Of a DNA stretch of 19,418 nt, positions 1 to 7,615 are shown piece by piece. How positions within the stretch are numbered: position 1 is the first letter of the stretch; every line of letters starts with the position of its first letter. The position numbers and the translations under genes were made by a program. The notes under the pieces are model-generated. The model saw only the letters and a program-made list of their open reading frames with translations, was not told the origin of the DNA and did no database searches. The stretch is from an uncultured bacterium (GTDB lineage: Bacteria > Hydrogenedentota > Hydrogenedentia > Hydrogenedentales > JAEUWI01): positions 1-19,418 of the forward strand of contig CAXBPH010000123.1 of NCBI GenBank assembly GCA_963977445.1. The letters run 5' to 3'.

Positions 1-39
1 GAGTCGTTGTTGCACTGACGTGTTGGTACGTTGTTTCAT
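1..39 (-). CDS. Possible 5' end of a gene running off the left edge (MKQRTNTSVQQRL...)
   Basis: ATG at 39-37 on the minus strand, open to the edge, 32 bp downstream of the 72..1106 stop. RBS is weak and only 13 codons are visible. Confidence 0.25.
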   Translation of the reverse strand, partial: MKQRTNTSVQQRL

Positions 40-71
40 GCGGGGGATACTGTCCCGGTGCCGTCTACGGT

Positions 72-1106
72 CTACTTCGCCCTTTCCTGCACAACCGGGA
101 CGGCGCGATAGTGCTCGGTATGGTGCCAGAACACCTTGTCTTCATCGCAATAGTCCCGTATATGGAACGTGACCGATTCGTTGTCTACTGCATCAAGCTC
201 GGCGGACCAGCAGTGCTGGCCGAGGCTCGGATCGCGTTCTTCGGGAATAAGGCTCGTGGCTTTTTGGCCATAGAGGTCGAGTTGGTACATCTCGCCCGTG
301 CCGTAGATATCGTTGGTGCCCACAAAGAGGTATTTTCCATCGGGAGACCAACCAAAACTGGTCACGTTTCTGCCCCACGCTTCTTCTTGCCAGAAACGTC
401 GATAGAGCTGCCAGCCAGCGGCGAAGTCGTCGCTTTCTCGATCCTGGGTAGACACGACCCCGATAGAGGTTCCGGCGGCATCGTCGCAAAAGACTACCAC
501 GCCGAACGCTCGCGTTGGGTCCGGGAAAAAACGGGTTTCCCCCGGCGCACCAAAATCTTCATAGGTCACGATGTTTCCCGTCTTGGGGTCCTGGTCGATG
601 TATTGCGGCATGCTCATGTCGACGAAGGGCGCGGACGGTTTTTTCACCTCCGCTCGTTCCCTCGGGTGCCAGACGGGATCGTGTCTGCCTCCGTGGAGGG
701 CCGTCGAAATTCGCTGCACGGTCTTGCCGTCATAGTGATATTTTTCGACAATGGACTGGTGTCCGTTCCCCGGCACGGCATAGCGCACCAGTATATCCAC
801 GGACTTACCCGACCCGAAGGCCACGGTGTAGTCCATATGTTTGGGCTGAACACCGTCGCTGCTTGGCTTTGGGGGGTGGAGTATTTCACCCGCCAGATTC
901 GCAAAAGCGAGACAGTCACCCTTTTCGGGGAGGGGGAGGGTATATTTCCACAGGAAAAGCGTGGGTAGTCCATCTATCTGGATGGGTTCCCCTTCCGCCC
1001 GACGCTGAAAGTCGCCCTGCCATGAGGATACGGAGTCTATCGCGGGAGCCGTGCCGACGATAGCCCCTGGCAGGAGGAGCATGGTTGTGAGTAAAAGTAT
1101 ACCCAT
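72..1106 (-). CDS. Secreted hypothetical protein (344 aa) with a beta-propeller/WD40-like motif in the C-terminal half
   Basis: AAGGA RBS at 1118-1114. Hydrophobic signal-like N-terminus MGILLLTTMLLLPGAIVG. VTSFGWSPDGKYLFVGT resembles a WD40/TolB-type blade. Confidence 0.7.
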   Translation of the reverse strand: MGILLLTTMLLLPGAIVGTAPAIDSVSSWQGDFQRRAEGEPIQIDGLPTLFLWKYTLPLPEKGDCLAFANLAGEILHPPKPSSDGVQPKHMDYTVAFGSGKSVDILVRYAVPGNGHQSIVEKYHYDGKTVQRISTALHGGRHDPVWHPRERAEVKKPSAPFVDMSMPQYIDQDPKTGNIVTYEDFGAPGETRFFPDPTRAFGVVVFCDDAAGTSIGVVSTQDRESDDFAAGWQLYRRFWQEEAWGRNVTSFGWSPDGKYLFVGTNDIYGTGEMYQLDLYGQKATSLIPEERDPSLGQHCWSAELDAVDNESVTFHIRDYCDEDKVFWHHTEHYRAVPVVQERAK

Positions 1107-1208
1107 AGAAAATTCCTTTATGTTGCCAGCCCGCGCTGGCGGTATGGGAAGCCCGCTTCAATAGACTATATCGCGCAGGTGCGGCAAATGGTTCCCGCGC
1201 CAATTGAA

Positions 1209-1870
1209 TTTGGTCTGGGTGGCGGTACGTCCCCTCCGCGAGGGGACGGGCCCAAGCCGGTGAACCCGAGGTGGGGTTGGTGATTGTCGGGCGAGCAGGG
1301 ATACTCGATACAGCGAGAGGAACGGGTGGGCGTGGGTCTGTCCCGACTGGGGTAGCGAGTTTTGGTCTGTGTGGTTGGCGCGGGGGGGGGATTTGGGTTC
1401 TACCCCGTTCGGGACATACCCCCGCGTTGTGGTGGTTTCCCGTTCGTCGTAGCAGGTTTGGTGGCCGACGAGTGCCTTTATTTGTTGCTGGTTTGCTTGC
1501 GGCGGTACGTCCCCCCGATTGGGGACGGGCCCACGCCGGTGAACCCGAGGTGGTGGTGGTGTTTGTCGGGCGAGCCGGGTGGCTCGAACAGCGGGAGGGA
1601 CGGGTGGGCGTGGGTCTGTCCCGGTTGGGGTTGCGGATTTTGTCTGGGTGGTTGGCACGGAGGTTGAAACTGCTTGGTTCTACCCCGATTGGGGTTGCGG
1701 ATATGGTCTGGGTGGTTGGCACGGGGGTTGGGTATTCGGGTTCTACTCCGTTCGGGACATACCCCCGCGTTGTGGCGGTTTGCCGTTTGTCGTAGCAGGT
1801 TTGCTGGCCGGGCGCGTGCCTTTCTTCGCTGCTGGATTGCTTGCGGCGGTACGTCCCCACGTGGGGTAGA
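1209..1870. repeat. Intergenic mosaic tandem array of REP-like palindromes (units 1221-1500 and 1501-1844, partial unit from 1845)
   Basis: GGCGGTACGTCCCC recurs at 1221, 1501 and 1845. Units 1 and 2 align along their length. Unit 2 carries an extra 64-bp internal duplication (1627 vs 1691). Several CCCC-Nx-GGGG hairpins. Confidence 0.9.
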
Positions 1871-1921
1871 CGTTCGAAGTGGGTCGTTGCGAATCCAGAT
1901 ACATACCGCCACAAATAGCGA

Positions 1922-1952
1922 CTGTCCACCGAATAACACTATCAGTGGACAG
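1922..1952 (-). terminator. Hairpin downstream of doxX, possible terminator
   Basis: CTGTCCAC (1922-1929) pairs with GTGGACAG (1945-1952), 30 bp past the doxX stop. The U-tract is weak. Confidence 0.3.
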
Positions 1953-1981
1953 CGAGTTGTTTCCTTGGGTGGGGGAGGGGC

Positions 1982-2431
1982 TTAGGCCGCAGTCGCGCTC
2001 TTCACGGAACCTTCTGTGCGCGCTGGAATCCATTTTGCAACAGTCCAGTCACCGGCACCGAGAAGGCCCAGGCTGGCGAGTACGACGGCGAGGGTGAGGG
2101 AATATTCCATGCCGCCGGTCTGGACATTGAAGCCGCTGTGGGCCACGAAACTGGCGACGAGCATGGTGAATACCATGGGTACGCTGGCGTAACGAACGAG
2201 TAGTCCGGCAATCAGGAGTAAACCGCCGAAAAATTCGGTAGAGCCGGCAAGAAGAGCATTGAGGGTACCAAAGGGGATGCCAATGCTTTCCATGTATTGA
2301 CCGGTAGCGGTGAGTCCATAACCGCCAAACCAGCCGAAGAGTTTTTGGCTACCGTGGAAGACGAATACAGTTCCGACCATAAGGCGGAGGGCCAGTAGAG
2401 CGATGTTAGTGGTGGTTTGTGTTTGTTTCAT
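1982..2431 (-). CDS. DoxX family membrane protein (CatD/MhqP-like)
   Basis: Family motifs LRLMVGTVFVFHGSQKLFGWFGG, EFFGGLLLIAGL, GGMEY and GAGDWT. Four hydrophobic segments. AAGGAG RBS. Confidence 0.93.
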   Translation of the reverse strand: MKQTQTTTNIALLALRLMVGTVFVFHGSQKLFGWFGGYGLTATGQYMESIGIPFGTLNALLAGSTEFFGGLLLIAGLLVRYASVPMVFTMLVASFVAHSGFNVQTGGMEYSLTLAVVLASLGLLGAGDWTVAKWIPARTEGSVKSATAA

Positions 2432-2482
2432 GGCGAGTTCTCCTTTTATTTATAAGGGTGACTGATAAGTAAATGCGTGAGT

Positions 2483-2504
2483 GTTGATTTATATATCAAC
2501 TAAA
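2483..2504 (-). promoter_or_regulatory. Putative MarR-1 operator upstream of doxX
   Basis: Inverted repeat GTTGAT-N6-ATCAAC (2483-2500). The minus-strand TTTAGTTGATAT is identical to 3019-3030 upstream of marR-1. Confidence 0.6.
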
Positions 2505-2517
2505 TGTGCAAATTTTT

Positions 2518-3000
2518 TTAAGGCTTTTCCTGACAAGACGGACAGTGTTGGCGCATCTTTTCCAGCAATTGAATCGTTTTCTTCAATTCCTTTTCCTCCA
2601 TGTGGGTGAGCAATTGCTTACTCAGGGTGACGATAGGTTTGTCCAGATCTCCGAGCAGGGAAAGGCCCTTGCCCAGAATAGTTACCGTAACGACTCGGCG
2701 ATCGGCTTCCGACCGGGTCCGGCGCACCAGGCCCTGTTTTTCCAGCCGGTCGATGAGGCCGGTGATGGCCGGCACGACGGTGACCATGCGGTCTCCGACT
2801 TCGAGGATGGGGAGGGGCTCACCCGCGCCCCGAAGTATACGAAGCACGTTATATTGCTGCGACGTGATGCCATGCTCCCGAAAGAGTCGGGTGTAGGCGA
2901 TCTGGATATGATCGGCGGTCCGCTGCAGATTGAGCAGGGCTTCCTCGGCGGTCGAGGTGAACCCCTTATTCTGCTTTATTTCGAATTGTAGTTGACTCAT
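2518..3000 (-). CDS. MarR family transcriptional regulator (MarR-1), 160 aa, with C-terminal CPSC
   Basis: wHTH MarR motifs GITSQQYNVLRIL, ITGLIDRLEKQGLV and DRR. Start at ATG 3000 (MSQLQFEIKQ) aligns with the N-terminus of the paralog at 17606. Confidence 0.93.
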   Translation of the reverse strand: MSQLQFEIKQNKGFTSTAEEALLNLQRTADHIQIAYTRLFREHGITSQQYNVLRILRGAGEPLPILEVGDRMVTVVPAITGLIDRLEKQGLVRRTRSEADRRVVTVTILGKGLSLLGDLDKPIVTLSKQLLTHMEEKELKKTIQLLEKMRQHCPSCQEKP

Positions 3001-3006
3001 GCCTAG

Positions 3007-3038
3007 AGTATAGCGCAGTTTAGTTGATATGTCAAGTA
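3007..3038 (-). promoter_or_regulatory. Sigma70 promoter of marR-1 with overlapping operator
   Basis: Minus strand TTGACA (3035-3030), 17 bp, TATACT (3012-3007). Palindrome TAGTTG-ATATGT-CAAGTA (3021-3038) covers the -35. Confidence 0.8.
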
Positions 3039-3127
3039 ACCACATAAAAATGCGTACCAACACGCCCAGGAAGGGTTTATCGCTTCATTTTCGACTCCGA
3101 TTTGGTGTATTCTCTAGGGGCAGGCAC

Positions 3128-3156
3128 GGCTTCGGGTTCGGAGGCCGTTTTTTTTT
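3128..3156 (+). terminator. Intrinsic terminator-like hairpin in the mgtE 5' region (possible attenuator)
   Basis: ACGGCTTC/GAGGCCGT 8-bp stem with one G.U pair, followed by a T-run, about 40 nt before the mgtE ATG. Confidence 0.55.
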
Positions 3157-3197
3157 GCCCAGCCCATCTCAACGCCAAACTGTCACGGAAAAGCACC

Positions 3198-4571
3198 ATG
3201 GAAGAAACGACTCAAGTCACCATAGAAGATACCCAGGAACAACTTGTTGCACTGGTTGGACAGGGTACTGCCGAGCAGCTCGAAGAGTTGCTGGATAGCA
3301 TGCCGGCCAATGACCTGGCCTTTGCCCTTTCCCGTTTGACGGAAGATGAACAGACCAAGGTGTTGACGACAGTTACCTCGGAAGATGCCGCCGATATTGT
3401 AGAGCAATTGACGACCGCCCAGGCGGTTGACATGATTGGGAATCTGACGCCCGGCTCGGCGGCGGGAATTCTCGATGAGCTCCCCAGTGACCACCAGGCT
3501 GACTTGATTGCGGAGCTGGACGATGAGAGTGCCGAGGCGATTCTCGCCCACATGGATCCCGAAGAAGCGGCCAATGCGCGCCAGCTGATCCAATACGACA
3601 GCGATGTGGCCGGCGGTATCATGGTGAAAGAGTATCTCGCTTATCCACTCGATGCGACGGTGCGGGCCATTGTTGATGACCTGTGTGAGCGGGGTGATGA
3701 GTACCGCGATTATGATATCCAGTATTCTTATATTATCGATCGCCGTCGGCGAGTGAAGGGGGTCTTGCGCATGCATGACCTGCTCATGGCAAAGCGTGCG
3801 ACGCCGATTCAGGATATTATGATTAAGAACCCGGTCTTCGTGCCCGACACGATGCACTTGGACGCACTGGCCGAATTTTTTGATGAACACCACTATCTCG
3901 GTGTGCCCGTAGTAGACGAAAAAGAACGCCTTATTGGCGTGGTCCAGCAGGCGGCGGTGCATGAAGCCGTGGCCGAGCAGCGGGACGATGATTATCTTAA
4001 GACCCAGGGTATCGTGGGCGGTGAAGAATTCCGGACCATGCCCCTCATGCGCCGTTCGTCCCGGCGACTCTCGTGGCTGAGTGTAAACATCCTGCTGAAC
4101 ATCATGGCCGCCAGTGTCATCGCCTTTTTCCAGGATACCCTGTCCTCCGTTATTGCCTTGGCCGTATTTCTGCCCATTATCAGCGACATGAGCGGATGCA
4201 GCGGCAGCCAGGCCGTTGCCGTGAGTGTGCGCGAGTTGTCCCTGGGTCTGGTCCGCCCCACCGAATTGGTGTGGGTGTGGCTTAAGGAAGCTTCGGTGGG
4301 CATTATCAACGGTGTCGCCCTGGGCACCTTGGTCGCCATCGCCGCCATACTCTGGAAGGGCCAGCCCTACCTGGGTCTGGTGGTAGGCACGGCACTTTGT
4401 CTCAATACGGTGCTCGCCGTATCTATCGGTGGGCTGTTGCCCCTGATTCTCAAGCGCTTCAACGTGGACCCGGCCATTGCGGCGGGGCCGATTCTCACCA
4501 CGATTACGGATATGTGTGGCTTTTTCCTGGTCTTGGGCATGGCAACACTGATGCTGGATAAGTTGGTTTAG
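3198..4571 (+). CDS. mgtE: Magnesium transporter MgtE
   Basis: Acidic N-domain, two CBS domains (AGGIM..., VPVVDEKERLIGVV), and TM-domain motifs RRLSWL, PIISDMSGCSGSQ and DPAIAAGPILTTITDMCG. Likely start ATG 3198 (MEETT). Confidence 0.96.
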   Translation: MEETTQVTIEDTQEQLVALVGQGTAEQLEELLDSMPANDLAFALSRLTEDEQTKVLTTVTSEDAADIVEQLTTAQAVDMIGNLTPGSAAGILDELPSDHQADLIAELDDESAEAILAHMDPEEAANARQLIQYDSDVAGGIMVKEYLAYPLDATVRAIVDDLCERGDEYRDYDIQYSYIIDRRRRVKGVLRMHDLLMAKRATPIQDIMIKNPVFVPDTMHLDALAEFFDEHHYLGVPVVDEKERLIGVVQQAAVHEAVAEQRDDDYLKTQGIVGGEEFRTMPLMRRSSRRLSWLSVNILLNIMAASVIAFFQDTLSSVIALAVFLPIISDMSGCSGSQAVAVSVRELSLGLVRPTELVWVWLKEASVGIINGVALGTLVAIAAILWKGQPYLGLVVGTALCLNTVLAVSIGGLLPLILKRFNVDPAIAAGPILTTITDMCGFFLVLGMATLMLDKLV

Positions 4572-4608
4572 GCCGGAGCAGACATAAAGCTAGTATGTTC
4601 GGGATTGT

Positions 4609-5247
4609 CAACGCGGACGAGAACTACATCTTTCAATCAGTATGCACTCCGGGGTGCCACCTACACGCGTAGCCGGTTCCCGGCAAGCTTGTGGGTGTGG
4701 GTGCGAAGGTGTGCGGAGGTTATGTTTCATCAATTGCACGTCGCTCACCGGCGTGATACACACCCATAAGGCCGCTCGTACCTCCCGTCCGTATAGGTGG
4801 CACCCTCCGGTCTCTCTCCCTGTATCGGAGGTTTGGCTTGGAGGCAAGGCGCAGATGATGCCACGTTTCACGCAGTCTCCGAAGAAGAAGCCGATTCCTG
4901 TTGTTGACACTGCGGTCCTATAAGTGGCAGCCGTTGGTTGAGCTATGACGGCCAACGCGGACGTCATCCATCTCTCTCAAACGAAGTGCTCTCCGGGGTG
5001 CCACCCGCCTGCGTCGCGCCGTTGGCCTACACGCGTAGCCGGTTCCCGGCAAGCTTGTGGGTGTGGGTACGCAGCTGCCCAAGTTTCATGAATTTCGCGT
5101 CGTTCACCTGCGTGACACACACCCATAAGGCCGCTCGTACCTCCCGTCCGTATGGGTGGCACCCTCCGGTCTCTCGGCCTCTATCAGAGGTCTGGCTTGG
5201 AGGCAAGGCACAGATGATGTCACGTTTCAGGCAGTCTCGAAGAAGCC
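4609..5247. repeat. Two direct copies (4609-~4892, 4953-~5247) of a ~290-bp nested-palindromic element between convergent genes
   Basis: Shared blocks CTACACGCGTAGCCGGTTCCCGGCAAGCTTGTGGGTGTGGGT, ACACACCCATAAGGCCGCTCGTACCTCCCGTCCGTAT and TGGCTTGGAGGCAAGGC. Outer GGGTGCCACC/GGTGGCACCC inverted repeat. Confidence 0.9.
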
Positions 5248-5284
5248 CTCTGGCCCAATGGGCATTAGAGTTTGGCGGAGCTTT

Positions 5285-7213
5285 TCACCCTTCCGGCCGT
5301 AAGGTCGCCGACTTCGGGTCCAGATACAGCATACCGTCCCGTTTCACCACACCCAGTTTTTCGTCCAGCTGAGTGGCCAGGGGATCGGGGCCGGTCATAT
5401 CCATGCGTTTGCGAACCTCTTTTCGGAGCCACCAGAATCCCGAGTTCCAGGAGTAAAGGTGATGTCCATGAGGGTGGCCGTCGACGGTGCTGATGGATTC
5501 GTGGAAGGCGGGCATGACGGCGAGTTCGCGTTCGAGTCGCCAGAGGAGTCGTGCGTCGATTTCTTCCGTGGGAACACCATGGATGAGGCCATCCATCCAG
5601 ACGCCGGCATCGTTGAGAAACCAGGAGCCGCCAAAGGTGTAGACGCCCGTGTGTCCTTCAATGAGGTCGCCGTTTGCCATGGAAATACAGCGAAGGCCAT
5701 AGGGGGTCTGAAGTCGTGCGGACGTCTCCAGGTGTTTCTTCACGATGTCATCGGGCAGGAGTTTTTCGCCGAATACGGCATAGGTCAACACCTCGCCATA
5801 GAGGGAATCCTGACCGATGTGATCCTGCTGCATGAGGCTCGTGGCCATATAGCCACCTTCGACATTGAACATACTGCGGTAGCCCGCCTTCGCCTTTTCG
5901 ATGTCCTCATCGGAGACGTCATAGCCCAGTTCCCGGGCGGCGAATAGCGCGCCACAGTGAAAGCCCTGATTCGAGGAAGGGGGATCGCCATCTTCATAGG
6001 GGAGCTGATCATGGTAAGTCCGCATGATGATGGAATCGGGCTTCAGCCGCGGTGGCAGGAAGAGGCCGTTCTCTTCATGGTTGCGGATGAAGTGGTAGGC
6101 CCGATCCACCGTTCGCATGTCCAATTCACCACCCGCCCGCTTCGCGAGGACGGCCCAGATGAGATAGTACTGGGCGTTGTCTTCGTAGTTGATGCGCTCG
6201 AAGAAGACGGCCGCCTGGGCTGCCACGTCATATTCCGGCATATCGAGGCCCCGGCTCATGTAAAAGCCGTCGGTGACCCACTGCTTCCAGCCATAGCCCA
6301 CGCCGGAGATGAAGATATAGTCACTTTCGGGACGGAGGAGGTTGCGGCGCAGCAGCAGGTAGGAAGTATTGCGCAGGATGGCCTCCAGGCCCGACTGGTT
6401 GAAGCCCTTCGCGTTCGCCAACGCCAGGTGAGCCGCCAGTTGGATGTCGTAGTGAGACTGCACCGGTGACGAGAAAATCCATGTGGTCCAGGTTTGGGTT
6501 TCCCCCGCTTCGATGTGTTGCCAGCCATCAAATTCGGCGCGGTAGACGCTGGTCGCATCGAGTTCCGTGGGGATGGAGATAAAGCGCTTGGACGAGCCGT
6601 CGCCGTTGGACAGGGAGAAGTTGCGTCCTTCCGTGTCGAAGGCCATGAAGGAGCGGTTTTCCCAGCGGCCCGGCGTATCGCCGATAATGCCGTAGACCCT
6701 GTCGCCATTGCGCACGCCGAGGAAGGGAAAGGTCTGGAGGGAGCCGCCGCCGAATTCGGGGCCCGTGCAGCCGGGACTGTAGGCGGCAGATTCAGCCTCC
6801 TCGGCGGTGAAAGAATGGAAGTTACCTTCTACGGCCACATGCCAACCAAAGTCGAGGTAGTAGCGTGCGTCGGTGTCCGCCGTGACGGTGACCGTGCGCT
6901 CAATCAGATTGGGGCCGAGGTTTTGGTAGCCGTCCTGGATGGTGAGGCCCCCAGCCTGTGCACGGAAGCGCAGACCGGGCGCAGTGTTGTCGTCGGGGAC
7001 ACGGGCGAAGGGGAGGGGAAGGGCTTCCGGGCCCGATGCCGTGGCATGGATGAGGCCCAGGGACGGTGCGCTTCCGACGCCAGTGAAGATGGGCGTTTCA
7101 TCGTCGCGTAGGATGGGGACGGTCGTGCCGTTTGCGGTCATGGCGTCGACCCGAAGATCCGCGCGGGCGGTGCAAGGGAGCAGCAAGAGTAGCAGCAGGG
7201 CGATACGTGGCAT
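5285..7213 (-). CDS. Secreted protein with a probable C-terminal six-hairpin (alpha/alpha)6 glycosidase-like domain, 642 aa
   Basis: AAGGAG RBS (7225-7220) and signal peptide MPRIALLLLLLLPCTARA. LQTPYGLRCIS...YTFGGSWF...FHE...YSWNS resembles GDE_C/GH63/GH15-like barrels. Substrate unknown. Confidence 0.75.
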   Translation of the reverse strand: MPRIALLLLLLLPCTARADLRVDAMTANGTTVPILRDDETPIFTGVGSAPSLGLIHATASGPEALPLPFARVPDDNTAPGLRFRAQAGGLTIQDGYQNLGPNLIERTVTVTADTDARYYLDFGWHVAVEGNFHSFTAEEAESAAYSPGCTGPEFGGGSLQTFPFLGVRNGDRVYGIIGDTPGRWENRSFMAFDTEGRNFSLSNGDGSSKRFISIPTELDATSVYRAEFDGWQHIEAGETQTWTTWIFSSPVQSHYDIQLAAHLALANAKGFNQSGLEAILRNTSYLLLRRNLLRPESDYIFISGVGYGWKQWVTDGFYMSRGLDMPEYDVAAQAAVFFERINYEDNAQYYLIWAVLAKRAGGELDMRTVDRAYHFIRNHEENGLFLPPRLKPDSIIMRTYHDQLPYEDGDPPSSNQGFHCGALFAARELGYDVSDEDIEKAKAGYRSMFNVEGGYMATSLMQQDHIGQDSLYGEVLTYAVFGEKLLPDDIVKKHLETSARLQTPYGLRCISMANGDLIEGHTGVYTFGGSWFLNDAGVWMDGLIHGVPTEEIDARLLWRLERELAVMPAFHESISTVDGHPHGHHLYSWNSGFWWLRKEVRKRMDMTGPDPLATQLDEKLGVVKRDGMLYLDPKSATLRPEG

Positions 7214-7272
7214 GGGTGACTCCTTTGGGAAATCTTGGAAAAAGGCGTTCGTTGCTTGCATATAGATTAAAC

Positions 7273-7372
7273 CACGAATGAACACTAATTTACACGAATA
7301 GTATTGGCCGCAAGAGAACGCAGAGAACGCAGAGAAAAACTGTTCTTTGCGTTCTCTGCGTTCTTTTGCGGC
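7273..7372. repeat. 30-bp-arm palindrome with internal 9-bp periodicity, preceded by 3x CAC(G/T)AAT at 10-bp period
   Basis: 7307-7336 pairs with 7343-7372 (two G.U pairs, 6-nt loop). CACGAAT/CACTAAT/CACGAAT at 7273, 7283 and 7293. Confidence 0.85.
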
Positions 7373-7615
7373 TCATATTTGTCCCCGTTGGCAGTGTGTT
7401 GAAACGCCATAGAAACCAAAGAGTTCTCGTCAAAATCGGAGACAAACGCGTGCCGATTGCTGTTGCGAAAGTTGCTTTTCACATGAAGTTTTCAAATCGG
7501 TAGCAAATCATCATTTCGAAAAACCGCAAATTCACTTACTAGTACGAAAATTGGAAGGCAGAGAGGATACGAAAACTATCCTCTATATCGATTTCGCCCA
7601 TTAAGTAACCGCGTA

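Noticed and set aside
1221..1870. CRISPR array interpretation of the repeats (also 4609-5247)
   Set aside because: The intervening sequences are themselves repeated, the periods are 280-344 bp, and there are no cas genes in the window.
916..1985. Several overlapping ORFs (337, 166, 174 and 153 aa) across the first repeat array
   Set aside because: They are low-complexity Pro/Thr/Arg or Gly/Val translations caused by strand-biased repeats, with no RBS or recognisable domain.
3001..3197. M-box (ykoK) riboswitch, and the extended ORF starts at 3063 and 3102
   Set aside because: There is too little space and no recognisable M-box consensus. The extended starts run through the promoter, operator and hairpin.
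1501..4953. Both arrays show a 344-bp period (1501 to 1845 and 4609 to 4953)
   Set aside because: The arrays share no evident sequence, and the first 344 arises from 280 plus a 64-bp duplication. Treated as coincidence.
4608..5372. Small ORFs in the second repeat (93, 119 and 144 aa) as a toxin or peptide pair
   Set aside because: Start and stop positions are not conserved between copies, the 22-nt indel breaks frame, and conservation follows stems rather than codons.
7285..7482. 65-aa ORF containing SLRSLRSLAA
   Set aside because: It is a translation of the periodic palindrome.
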